NCBI GenBank assembly: GCA_025060715.1
Contig: JANXBG010000002.1
Coordinates: 11,294 to 75,293 of the forward strand
DNA: 64,000 nt
Direction of reading: 5' to 3'
From: a candidate division WOR-3 bacterium
GTDB taxonomy: Bacteria; Hydrothermota; Tepidihabitantia; Tepidihabitantales; DTDR01
Both the position numbers and the translations under genes were made by a program. The notes under the pieces were generated by a model, which ran no database searches, was not told the origin of the DNA, and saw nothing but the letters and a program-made list of their open reading frames with translations. The stretch's first letter is position 1. The number at the start of each line of letters is the position of its first letter. Shown piece after piece: positions 41,853-51,002 of the stretch.

Positions 41853-42742
41853 TAGCCAATTATTCCTAATTTTAAAAAACTGGTATAACTCTCTTTATCT
41901 TTACCAATAATAATATGGTCTAAAACTTTTATTCCACAAATACTACATGCTTGGATAATTTTTTTGGTTAAAGAAATATCTTCTTTAGAAGGCTCAGTTT
42001 CGCCTGATGGATGATTGTGAACCAAAATAATACTACTTGCTAATCTTTTTGCTGCTTCCGAAATTATCTCTTTTATATCAACGATACTAGCATTATTACT
42101 TCCTTTACTTAATTCTAAGGTATCAATCACTTTGTTTTTAATATCTAAAAAGATAACAGAAAAAAACTCTTTTTTAGAATTAAAAAGATAAGGACCGATT
42201 TTTTCACTTACATAATCAATCACATCTTGAGGTGATTTTAACTTCTTACGACCTTCGGCCTTTTCTTCTAATAATCTTTTACCCAATTCTAAAGCTGCCT
42301 TTAAAGAACAAGCCTTTGCTAAACCAATTCCTGGTATTTCACTAAGCTCATTAATTGTAGCATTATCAATTGCCGAAAGACTGCCAAAATGGTTTAATAA
42401 CTTCTTTGCCAAATCTTCGGCACTCTCACCTTTTCTACCGGTTCGTAAAATAATTGCTAATAATTTAGCAAGAGATAAAAATTTCTCGCCCTTTCTTATT
42501 AATAACTCTCTTGGCCTCTCCTCTTTTACCCAATTTTTAATAGGCAAAAAATTATTATTTTCTTTAATTTTAGCAATTATTTTTTTTCTTAAATTTAAAA
42601 AATCTTCTTTTGTAATAATCAACTTACTTAATTTTTGAAAAAGACTATCTTTCTCTTCTTTATTTAAATCTTTTAATCCTTCACCTTTAAAAAATATTTT
42701 GCCCTTTTTAGAAAAAAAAAGGCAATATTCTCTTTTCAGCAA
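41852..42742 (-). CDS. radC: RadC-family JAB/MPN domain protein (UPF0758) with extended N-terminus
   Basis: C-terminal JAMM-like signature LVHNHPSGETEPSKEDISLTKKI and a helix-hairpin-helix-like region ELSEIPGIGLAKA; 296 aa, longer than typical RadC. Confidence 0.75.
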   Translation of the reverse strand: MLKREYCLFFSKKGKIFFKGEGLKDLNKEEKDSLFQKLSKLIITKEDFLNLRKKIIAKIKENNNFLPIKNWVKEERPRELLIRKGEKFLSLAKLLAIILRTGRKGESAEDLAKKLLNHFGSLSAIDNATINELSEIPGIGLAKACSLKAALELGKRLLEEKAEGRKKLKSPQDVIDYVSEKIGPYLFNSKKEFFSVIFLDIKNKVIDTLELSKGSNNASIVDIKEIISEAAKRLASSIILVHNHPSGETEPSKEDISLTKKIIQACSICGIKVLDHIIIGKDKESYTSFLKLGIIG

Positions 42743-42839
42743 AAAAATTAATCAAATCTTCCATTCTTGATAATTATAAAAAATCAAACCTTTTTGTCAA
42801 TTAAAATTGACTTTTTAAATCTAAATATTATAATAAACT

Positions 42840-43445
42840 ATGCTTATTCCCCTAAATGCTACAAGACAAGAATTATTAAGATTAAAAAAAAGAGAAATAA
42901 TTGCCGTAAGAGGTCATAAACTATTAAAAGATAGACAGGAACAGTTATTAAGAATTTTACTTTCTTATATTGAAGAGATTAAAAAATTGAGAAAAGAGGT
43001 TTATGAAGAGACAAAGGAAGTTTTAAAATATTTAAGCTCTTCTTTTCTTTTAGAAAAGGAAATATTTTATGAAAATATCTTTATTAATCAAAATTATGAA
43101 CTTTCTATAAAAGAAAGTATCATCCCCCTTTTAAATATCAAAACAACCCTTTATGATTTTAGCATCTTAGAAAAAGAGAAACTTTTCCCTTTTTATCAAA
43201 CCTCTTCCTTATTTGATATTGCCTTAGAAAAACTCAATTCCTTAATTAAAAAATTAGGAAGATTATCAGCCCTTTTAAAAATTGTGGCAATTCTTTCTTA
43301 TGAGATTGAAAAAACCCGAAGAAGAGTAAATGCCCTAGAATATCATTTAATCCCTAAAATAAGGAGCGCTATTCGTTATATATCTTTTCGCCTTTCCGAA
43401 TACGAAAGAGAAAATTTAATAAGAATAATGAGAATAAGAAAGTAA
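42840..43445 (+). CDS. ntpD: V/A-type ATP synthase subunit D
   Basis: LNATRQELLRLKKR...AVRGHKLLKDRQEQL at the N-terminus and EIEKTRRRVNALEY near the C-terminus, the latter identical to the conserved V-ATPase D block. Confidence 0.75.
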   Translation: MLIPLNATRQELLRLKKREIIAVRGHKLLKDRQEQLLRILLSYIEEIKKLRKEVYEETKEVLKYLSSSFLLEKEIFYENIFINQNYELSIKESIIPLLNIKTTLYDFSILEKEKLFPFYQTSSLFDIALEKLNSLIKKLGRLSALLKIVAILSYEIEKTRRRVNALEYHLIPKIRSAIRYISFRLSEYERENLIRIMRIRK

Positions 43446-43446
43446 A

Positions 43447-44703
43447 ATGTTTCCCAAAAGATTAAAGGGAATGCTTGATATTCTACCTAGAGAAAGTGAG
43501 CTTATTAACTTTATTATTACTAATTTTGAAAAAATTGTAAAACTTTATGGATTTTCTTTAATAAGAACACCAATTTTAGAACATGCTGAACTTTTTTATC
43601 GCTCAACCGGATTAACCTCAGACATTGTTAATAAAGAGATGTATACTTTTTATGATAAAAAAGAGAGATTATTGGCTTTAAGGCCCGAAGGCACACCTGG
43701 GGTAATAAGGGCAATAATTGAAGGTCAATTATCTCTTCCTCAAAGAGTTTATTATCTTGGACCAATGTTCAGATATGAAAGGCCCCAGAAAGGAAGGTTA
43801 AGAGAACATTATCAATTAGGATTAGAAATTGTTGGTGAAAAAAGTCCCTATAGCGATTTTGAACTAATAAAAATTGGCAATCATTTCTTTTCCGAAATTA
43901 ATTTAACAGATACTTTAACCTTAGTAAATTCTATTGGTTGTGAAAAATGCCGTCCGAAATTTAGAGAAGTCTTTTTAACATATTTAAAAGATAAAGAAAA
44001 CCTTTTATGTCTTGATTGTCAGGAAAGGAAAGAGAAAAATCCTTTAAGGATATTTGATTGTAAACAGGAAAAATGTCAGAGGATGATAAAAGAAAGCCCA
44101 AAGGTAAAAGATTTTTTATGTGCTGATTGCCAAAACCATTTTAATAAATTTCTCTCTTATTTAGAAAATTCAAACATAAAATATAAAATTGATGAAAATC
44201 TGGTAAGAGGTTTAGATTATTATACAAAAACAACTTTTGAATTTATTTCTGAAAGTTTGGGAGAAAAGATTAGTATTGGTGGCGGTGGCAGATACGATAA
44301 TCTAATGAAAGAACTTGGTGGCAGGGATGCTCCTTGCGTGGGTTTTGCTTTAGGGTTAGAAAGGATTTATTATGCTTTAAGAGAAAATAAGAATTTAAAT
44401 TATTTAAAAGAAAATAGAAAACTGATGATAATTTATGATTGTGAAGAAAGTTTTTCTGAAGCCGAAAATCTAGCAGACCTTTTAAGAAAAGAAAATATTC
44501 CTTGTTATCTAAACCCTGATTTAGAAAACCTAAAAAGACAACTAAAAATTGCTGACAAATTAGATATAAAATATGTAATAATTGTTGGTGAAAAGGAAAG
44601 AGAAAAAGGAGTTTATTTATTAAGAGATATGATAAGCGGAGAACAAATAGAAATAAAAAAAGATGAAATAATAAATAAATTAAAAAAAATAACAAATGTA
44701 TGA
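43447..44703 (+). CDS. hisS: Histidine--tRNA ligase
   Basis: Class II aaRS motifs (GMLDILPRE N-terminus, FRYERPQKGRLREHYQLG motif 2, GGGRYDNL motif 3) and anticodon-binding C-terminal domain; 418 aa. Confidence 0.9.
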   Translation: MFPKRLKGMLDILPRESELINFIITNFEKIVKLYGFSLIRTPILEHAELFYRSTGLTSDIVNKEMYTFYDKKERLLALRPEGTPGVIRAIIEGQLSLPQRVYYLGPMFRYERPQKGRLREHYQLGLEIVGEKSPYSDFELIKIGNHFFSEINLTDTLTLVNSIGCEKCRPKFREVFLTYLKDKENLLCLDCQERKEKNPLRIFDCKQEKCQRMIKESPKVKDFLCADCQNHFNKFLSYLENSNIKYKIDENLVRGLDYYTKTTFEFISESLGEKISIGGGGRYDNLMKELGGRDAPCVGFALGLERIYYALRENKNLNYLKENRKLMIIYDCEESFSEAENLADLLRKENIPCYLNPDLENLKRQLKIADKLDIKYVIIVGEKEREKGVYLLRDMISGEQIEIKKDEIINKLKKITNV

Positions 44704-45898
44704 AACTAATATCATCATTTATTATCATAAAGATAATCGTTATAGTTTCCATCCTTTAATCCCTTTATTAGAAAACTATTTTAATATTTATTTTGCAAGA
44801 AATGAGGAAGAATTGTTGAGTTTAATAGAAGGAATAAAAGGCGAAAAAATCCTACTTTTTTCTTTTTTTACTACTCAGATTTTGGAAATAAAAAATTTGA
44901 TAGAGAAAATAAGAAGTTTAAAAATAAATAATTTAACCTTAATCGCTGGTGGCGCTCACCCCACCGGAAGGCCAAAGGAGATTTTAGATTTGGGCTTTGA
45001 TTATGTTGTCTGTGGTGAAGGTGAATATGTGATTTTAGATTTAATAAAAGAGAGAAAGGAGAATAAAATAATTTATGGCAAACAGGTTTTAAATCTTGAC
45101 CAATTTTTACCTTTTAGTGAAAAATATAAAAAATTTGGACCGATTGAAATCTCTCGTGGCTGTCCTTTTGGTTGTTATTTCTGTCAAACTCCTTTTCTTT
45201 TTGGTAAAAATATGAGACATCGCTCAATAGATAATATTTTAAAACTTATTGATATTCTAATAAAAAATAATAAAAAGGATATAAGATTTATTACTCCTAA
45301 TGCTTTGGCTTATGGCTCGTTTGATGGCAAAAGTATTAACTATTTTTTATTAGAAGAACTTTTAAAAAGTATAAGAGAAAAAATAAAAAATAAAGGAAGA
45401 ATATTTTTTGGCACCTTTCCATCCGAAATTAGGCCCGAATTTGTTAATGAAGAAACTATTTCATTAATAAAAAAATATTGTGATAATGATAATTTAGTAA
45501 TTGGCTGTCAATCAGGAAGTGAAAGGATATTGAAATTAATAAATCGGGGGCACAAGATAGCAGATATCTATAAAGCAACTGAAATAATAATTAAAAATAA
45601 TTTAAAGGCAAATTTAGATTTCATCTTTGGATTTCCTAATGAAGAAGAAGAAGATATAAAAGAGACAATAAAAGTAATCAAAGATCTAACAAAAATGGGC
45701 GCTAGGATTCATCTTCATACTTTTATACCCTTATCTCAAACACCTCTTTTTGAAATTGGCTTAAAAGATTTTTCTTATAATAAAGAAATCAAAAAACTGA
45801 TTAAAGAACTCCTTCCCAAAGGAAAAATCTATGGCAATTGGGAAAGACAACTAATAATAAGAAAAAGATTGATTGAGTTTTATAAAAATTGGAATTAA
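44696..45898 (+). CDS. Radical SAM protein with N-terminal B12-binding-like domain
   Basis: CPFGCYFC (CxxxCxxC) radical SAM cluster motif preceded by a Rossmann-like B12-binding-type N-domain; overlaps the hisS stop by 8 nt. Confidence 0.65.
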   Translation: MYETNIIIYYHKDNRYSFHPLIPLLENYFNIYFARNEEELLSLIEGIKGEKILLFSFFTTQILEIKNLIEKIRSLKINNLTLIAGGAHPTGRPKEILDLGFDYVVCGEGEYVILDLIKERKENKIIYGKQVLNLDQFLPFSEKYKKFGPIEISRGCPFGCYFCQTPFLFGKNMRHRSIDNILKLIDILIKNNKKDIRFITPNALAYGSFDGKSINYFLLEELLKSIREKIKNKGRIFFGTFPSEIRPEFVNEETISLIKKYCDNDNLVIGCQSGSERILKLINRGHKIADIYKATEIIIKNNLKANLDFIFGFPNEEEEDIKETIKVIKDLTKMGARIHLHTFIPLSQTPLFEIGLKDFSYNKEIKKLIKELLPKGKIYGNWERQLIIRKRLIEFYKNWN

Positions 45899-46693
45899 AC
45901 ATTACTTCTCAATCTCTAATTTCTCTTTCTTATATTCTTTTGGTATTTCAAAACTGAGGGATTAAAACTTTCTTTTTTATCTCTTTCAATTCCAAATTAA
46001 ATATCTTTTTGCCTTTATCATAACAATTGTTCTTATTGGAAAAAACCAAAAATTTGTATCCTTCTTTTTCTGTTTCTATTTTGTAAAAAGAAACTTTCTT
46101 TGCTATCTCTGAAAAGAATTCCCCCTTTTCTTACATAATTTTTAAATCTTCTGGTTTTAAGTTTAGAAAAATCAGTTGCCTAATTTCTCCCTCTCTATGC
46201 TTAGACTCCTAATTCTCACACTCATTTACTATCTGCACCCATCATTAAAAATAAAATTAAAATTTATGTTTTTAAACTAAAACAAAAATGATTAAAAAAA
46301 TTCAAAATTTTTAGAAACATTTTATTAAAGAACTATCAATAAAATATATAATCCACCAAAAAAAGTCCAAAGAAAATTTAATAAAATAATAAGAGAATGA
46401 ACTTTTATTCACTTCTTTTAATAACGACGAAGTTAAAATGTTGAGAAGAATAGGATAAAGAAAGTATTTTGATAAAATTAACAAAAAGTTGGGAAAAGAG
46501 TTTGATGGCAATAATTCTCATCTATTAAGACTCCTTAATAAAAAACTGTTTCTATTTTTAAAAGAAGTGGAAAAATGGCAATTATAATACTTAAAGACCA
46601 CATTTTAGTTATGGAATAAATAATCTCAAGTCTTAAAAAAATTATTGTTACCTTACAGTTCGTAATGGCATCTTACTCAATTTATATTTTAAA

Positions 46694-46716
46694 GGGCAGG
46701 GCTTTTTGCCCTGCCC
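46694..46716 (+). other. Perfect GC hairpin (9-bp stem gggcagggc / gccctgccc, TTTTT loop) followed by GGAGG-rich tract and a 10-codon mini-ORF
   Basis: Seen directly in sequence at 46694-46716; downstream caaggaggcgatagagaggaggaggggaaaATGaagggtatttataattatatactaaaaTAA (mini-ORF 46747-46779); 50 nt upstream of the SdpI-like gene. Confidence 0.4.
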
Positions 46717-46826
46717 CAAGGAGGCGATAGAGAGGAGGAGGGGAAAATGAAGGGTATTTATAATTATATACTAAAATAAATAAGAAGTCAACTTGATTTA
46801 TTAAAAACAAATTATTATAATTCTTT

Positions 46827-47462
46827 ATGAGAAAAATATCTATTATTATTTTAATTTTAACTATTTTTTCTTTTCTTATAAGTATTTATTTTTATCCCAA
46901 AATGCCCGAAAGAATGGCAAGCCATTGGAATCAATATGGTGAAGTTGACGGATACTCAAAAAAAATCTGGGGAACTTTTCTTGTCCCTTTTATTCTTTTC
47001 TTAACAATACTTTTATATTTCCTTATTCCTAAAATTGACCCATTAAAAAATAATATTTTAAAATTTATTAATTATTATGACGCTTTCTTTTTAATTTTAT
47101 GTATCTTTTTTATTGCTCTTCATCTTTTCCTTCTTTTATGGAATATAAATATCAGAATAAATCCTAACCGATTTTTCCCAATAGGTTTAGGAGTTCTTTT
47201 CATATATGTTGGCATTTTACTTAAACATGCTAAAAGAAACTGGTTTGTCGGAATAAGAACTCCTTGGACATTGAGTAATGATAACGTCTGGCAAAAAACC
47301 CATTTATTAGGAAGCAAACTTTTTATAATTGCTGGAATAATTAGTTTTTTGGGATTTTTCTTTTTAAAATATTCTTATCTTTTTGTTTTAATTCCAGTTA
47401 TTAGTTTTTCCTTTTTTTTAATCATTTATTCTTATTTCCTTTATCAAAAAGAAATAAAATGA
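46827..47462 (+). CDS. SdpI/YhfL-family membrane protein (DUF1648 plus SdpI domain)
   Basis: PERMASHWNQYGEVDGYSKK (DUF1648-like) and NWFVGIRTPWTLSNDNVWQKTH (SdpI/YhfL signature); multiple transmembrane helices. Confidence 0.65.
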   Translation: MRKISIIILILTIFSFLISIYFYPKMPERMASHWNQYGEVDGYSKKIWGTFLVPFILFLTILLYFLIPKIDPLKNNILKFINYYDAFFLILCIFFIALHLFLLLWNINIRINPNRFFPIGLGVLFIYVGILLKHAKRNWFVGIRTPWTLSNDNVWQKTHLLGSKLFIIAGIISFLGFFFLKYSYLFVLIPVISFSFFLIIYSYFLYQKEIK

Positions 47463-48208
47463 AGGTTATTGGTATTGATATAGGCGCTGCTAACACTAAG
47501 GGAGTTTTATTTGATAAAGAGAAAAAAGAAATTATTGATTATCAAATTTTACCTACGGAATTCCAACCACAAAAGGTTAGCCAAATAATTATTGAGAAAT
47601 TAAATAAAAATAATTATCCCATTATTACTACCGGTGTTGGTAGAAATTTGATTGAAAACAAAGCATCAATCACTGAAATTACTGCTATCGCCAAAGGAAT
47701 AAACTTCTTATTGCCCGAGGTAAGAACAATTATTGATATTGGTGGTGAGGATATTAAGATTATTAAAATTGACAACAAAGGAAAGGTTATTGATTTTGTT
47801 ATGAATGACCGCTGTGCCTCGGGGACAGGTCGTTTCTTTTCTAACCTTACCAAATCCTTAGGAATTAGTTTTGAGGAATTTAATAAAAAAGTATTAGAGT
47901 ATAAAAACCCTTCTCTAATCTCTCATCTCTGTGTAGTTATGGTTGAGTCTGAGGTGCTTTCTAAAATTTATCAAGGAGAAAATCTGAGTGATGTACTCTT
48001 TGGCGTTTGTTTAGCAGTAGCTAAAAGAATTGTTAGTTTAGCCCAAGGGATAAAGATTGAAAAGAATATTGCTTTAACTGGGGGCGGTGCCAAAAATTTA
48101 GGATTAAAAAGAGCATTAGAAATCCTTTTAGGTGAAAAATTAAACATTCCAAAAGAACCATTGATTGTTGCTGCCTTGGGAGCCGCTTTGTTTTATCAAA
48201 ATGGATAA
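47459..48208 (+). CDS. BadF/BadG/BcrA/BcrD-type ATPase (CoA-substrate-specific enzyme activase, HgdC-like)
   Basis: MKVIGIDIGAANTKGVLF, IDIGGEDIKIIKI, MNDRCASGTGRFF, CVVMVESEV and LTGGGAKN match the conserved blocks of HgdC-type activases; 249 aa; start overlaps the upstream stop by 4 nt. Confidence 0.75.
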   Translation: MKVIGIDIGAANTKGVLFDKEKKEIIDYQILPTEFQPQKVSQIIIEKLNKNNYPIITTGVGRNLIENKASITEITAIAKGINFLLPEVRTIIDIGGEDIKIIKIDNKGKVIDFVMNDRCASGTGRFFSNLTKSLGISFEEFNKKVLEYKNPSLISHLCVVMVESEVLSKIYQGENLSDVLFGVCLAVAKRIVSLAQGIKIEKNIALTGGGAKNLGLKRALEILLGEKLNIPKEPLIVAALGAALFYQNG

Positions 48209-49724
48209 AATATTAATTTTAGATTTTGGTGGACAATATACTCACTTGATTAGTAGGAGAATTAGAGAACTTGGTGTGTATACCGAAATTTTACCCGGTA
48301 ATATCCCTTTTTCCGAAATAAATCTTTCTAGTGTCAAAGGTATTATCTTGTCGGGCGGTCCTTCTTCGGTTTATGAAAAGAATTCACCAAAATGTGATAA
48401 AAGATTTTTGGAAAGCAAAATACCCATTTTAGGTATCTGCTACGGCCATCAATTACTTGTCTATATTCTTGGTGGCAAAATTGAAAAAGGCGTTGCTGGT
48501 GAATATGGCTTAACCGAGTTAGAGATTATTAAAAATAGCCCATTATTTTTTAAATTATCAAAAAAAGAGATAGTTTGGATGAATCACCAAGATGTGGTAA
48601 AATCTCTCCCGAAGGATTTTGAAATTATCGCCAAAACAAATTATTCCGAAATTGCTGCCTATCAAAATTTGAAAAAGAAAATCTTTGGAGTCCAATTTCA
48701 CCCAGAAGTTTCTCATACTAAGAAGGGGGTAGAAATATTAAAAAATTTTGTATTTAAAATCTGCCAAGCAAAAAAAGAATGGCAAACAAAAAAAATGGTT
48801 GAAATAATAAAAGATGAAATAAAAAGAGAAATTGGTAATGAAAAAGCTCTCCTTGCTCTTTCTGGTGGCATAGATTCTTTTGTAGCAGCAATTTTAGTAA
48901 ATAGCGTGAGTAAAGATAATCTTCTTTGTATCTATATTGATACTGGTTTAATGAGAGAAGAAGATAAAAAAATGATTAAAAAACTTTCTGAGAAATACAA
49001 ATTTAAACTAAAAATAATCAATGCCCAAAAAGAGTTTTTTAAAAATTTAAAAGGAGTAATACATCCTGAAGAAAAAAGAAAGATAATCGGAAAAATTTTT
49101 ATTAAAATTTTTGAAAGAATAGCAAAAAGAGAGAAATATAATATTTTAATTCAAGGAACTATTTATTCGGATAGAATTGAAAGTGGTCAAACAAAATATT
49201 CTTCCAAAATAAAATCCCATCACAATGTTGGCGGTTTACCAAAAAGAAGTTTTTTAAAAATTTATGAACCTTTGAGAAATTTATATAAAGACGAGGTTAG
49301 AAGAATTGCTAAAGATTTAAAAATATCAAAAGAAATAATTAAAAGACATATCTTCCCCGGTCCTGGTTTTGCGATAAGAATTATCGGCGAAGTAACTCCT
49401 AAAAAGGTAGCAATTGTTAGAAAAGCAACCAAAATTATTGAAGAGGAATTAAAAAAAGCAAATTATTATTATAAAGTTTGGATGGCTTTCCCGGTACTAT
49501 TATCAATAAAATCGGTGGGCATTCAGGGTGATAAAAGAAGTTATAAATATCCAATTGTTTTAAGAATAGTTGAATCTGAAGATGCGATGACCGCTAATTT
49601 CACAAAAATCCCTTATTCTCTTTTAGAAAAAATTTCCCAACGTTTAACAAATGAAATTAAGGAAATTAACCGAGTTGTTTATGATATAACTAACAAGCCA
49701 CCGGCAACAATGGAATGGGAATAA
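48201..49724 (+). CDS. guaA: GMP synthase (glutamine-hydrolysing)
   Basis: GATase-1 domain (ILILDFGGQYTHLISRRIRELGV, GICYGHQL), ATP pyrophosphatase PP-loop SGGIDS, conserved C-terminus ...PPATMEWE; start overlaps the upstream stop by 8 nt. Confidence 0.9.
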   Translation: MDKILILDFGGQYTHLISRRIRELGVYTEILPGNIPFSEINLSSVKGIILSGGPSSVYEKNSPKCDKRFLESKIPILGICYGHQLLVYILGGKIEKGVAGEYGLTELEIIKNSPLFFKLSKKEIVWMNHQDVVKSLPKDFEIIAKTNYSEIAAYQNLKKKIFGVQFHPEVSHTKKGVEILKNFVFKICQAKKEWQTKKMVEIIKDEIKREIGNEKALLALSGGIDSFVAAILVNSVSKDNLLCIYIDTGLMREEDKKMIKKLSEKYKFKLKIINAQKEFFKNLKGVIHPEEKRKIIGKIFIKIFERIAKREKYNILIQGTIYSDRIESGQTKYSSKIKSHHNVGGLPKRSFLKIYEPLRNLYKDEVRRIAKDLKISKEIIKRHIFPGPGFAIRIIGEVTPKKVAIVRKATKIIEEELKKANYYYKVWMAFPVLLSIKSVGIQGDKRSYKYPIVLRIVESEDAMTANFTKIPYSLLEKISQRLTNEIKEINRVVYDITNKPPATMEWE

Positions 49725-49725
49725 C

Positions 49726-50121
49726 TTATTCCAAAAGAAAAGAACGAACAAAATTTAAGGCTTCATCCAAATTAGTAAAAACGTAGATTTCTTCTTCCTT
49801 TATCTTCTCTTCTTTTTCTTTTATAATCCTTCCTTTATCAAAACTGGCTTCAATAATTCGGTCAATTTCTCTCATCATCTCTTCAAAATCTTCCTCACTT
49901 TCTTCTTTCCAAGGTTCTAATTCTTCATCAATACCTTTTGCTTGTTCTTGAGCAGAAATTCTACTTAATAAAGCCAAAATTCTACTCATTACTTTTAACT
50001 GTTGTTTCTGAGATTCAGCAGAAGGCACAGGAGGTAATTTTGGATAACGAAGCCTGACAATCCAGCCATTCTCAACTTTTTCAATTTCACATATTTTGTT
50101 ATAATTGAATAATCTAAACAT
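49726..50121 (-). CDS. Hypothetical acidic protein (131 aa)
   Basis: ORF convergent with guaA; Glu-rich C-terminal half; no recognisable domain. Confidence 0.4.
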   Translation of the reverse strand: MFRLFNYNKICEIEKVENGWIVRLRYPKLPPVPSAESQKQQLKVMSRILALLSRISAQEQAKGIDEELEPWKEESEEDFEEMMREIDRIIEASFDKGRIIKEKEEKIKEEEIYVFTNLDEALNFVRSFLLE

Positions 50122-50207
50122 TATAAATTATAACCTAATTAATTAAATTATCAATAATATTTTTAGTGATTTGACTTTTAAGCCTAACTAATTATAATTT
50201 TTGGAAT

Positions 50208-51002
50208 ATGAAAAAATTTCTTTCCTCTTGGGGACCGGTAATTGCAATTGTTTTATTTCTCCGCGCTTTCTTTTTGGAAGCCTTTATGGTACCAACTGGC
50301 TCAATGGAAGATACTATTTTCGTTGGTGATTTTATGCTTGTTACTAAATTTAATTATGGAATTAAGCTCCCTTTCTCTAATAAAGTGATTATTAAAACGG
50401 GAAAACCAAAAAGAGGAGATATTGTTGTCTTTCGTTACCCTGTTGACCCGGATATGCCTCAACCGGAAGAAAAACATGTAAGACTTTTCCCAAAATGGTT
50501 TCCTCTATTACCTTTTTACTGGTCAAAAGAAAAAAATTTTTTTGTCTATTATGCGCCAAGAAATTTTATTAAAAGATGTGTTGCCTTAAGTGGTGACACG
50601 GTAGAAATTAGAAATAAAAGGCTTTACGTAAACGGCATCTTGCAACCCGATACTTATGCAGTTCATAAAGATTATTATATAACACCGGGAATAGACACTA
50701 AAAGCATTGAAGAATTTACCAAAATGTGGCTTGATTTAAATTTTATTAAAGATAGAAATTATGGAATATTAGTAAGAGATAATTTTGGACCGGTAGTTGT
50801 TCCGGAGAGTTGTATTTTTGTGTTGGGAGATAACCGAGATAACTCCGAAGATTCAAGGTTTTGGGGACCTTTACATATTAAATATTTAAAGGGAAAACCT
50901 TTGATTATTTATTTCTCTTCAGATGCCGGCCCAAATTTATTAAGAATTATTTTTTCTCCTTTCAAAATTCGTTGGGAGCGAATTGGCCGGATATTAAAAT
51001 AA
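50208..51002 (+). CDS. lepB: Signal peptidase I (S26)
   Basis: N-terminal transmembrane segment, catalytic Ser region VPTGSMEDTIFVGDFMLVTKFNYG and Lys box region GDNRDNSEDSRFWG. Confidence 0.85.
   Translation: MKKFLSSWGPVIAIVLFLRAFFLEAFMVPTGSMEDTIFVGDFMLVTKFNYGIKLPFSNKVIIKTGKPKRGDIVVFRYPVDPDMPQPEEKHVRLFPKWFPLLPFYWSKEKNFFVYYAPRNFIKRCVALSGDTVEIRNKRLYVNGILQPDTYAVHKDYYITPGIDTKSIEEFTKMWLDLNFIKDRNYGILVRDNFGPVVVPESCIFVLGDNRDNSEDSRFWGPLHIKYLKGKPLIIYFSSDAGPNLLRIIFSPFKIRWERIGRILK

Noticed and set aside
42840-43445. Interpreting the V-ATPase D homolog as a flagellar FliJ or T3SS YscO stalk protein
   Set aside because: The exact EIEKTRRRVNALEY block is specific to V/A-ATPase D subunits. No flagellar or T3SS genes are in the window.
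45940-45975. CRISPR-like string ...caaaactgagggattaaaac... in the long non-coding gap
   Set aside because: It occurs only once. There are no spaced direct repeats anywhere in the window and no cas genes, so it is not a CRISPR array.
46311-46511. 66-aa minus-strand ORF in the AT-rich gap
   Set aside because: No RBS, and it is a hydrophobic low-complexity translation of AT-rich DNA. It is more likely chance than a gene, so I list the region as non-coding.
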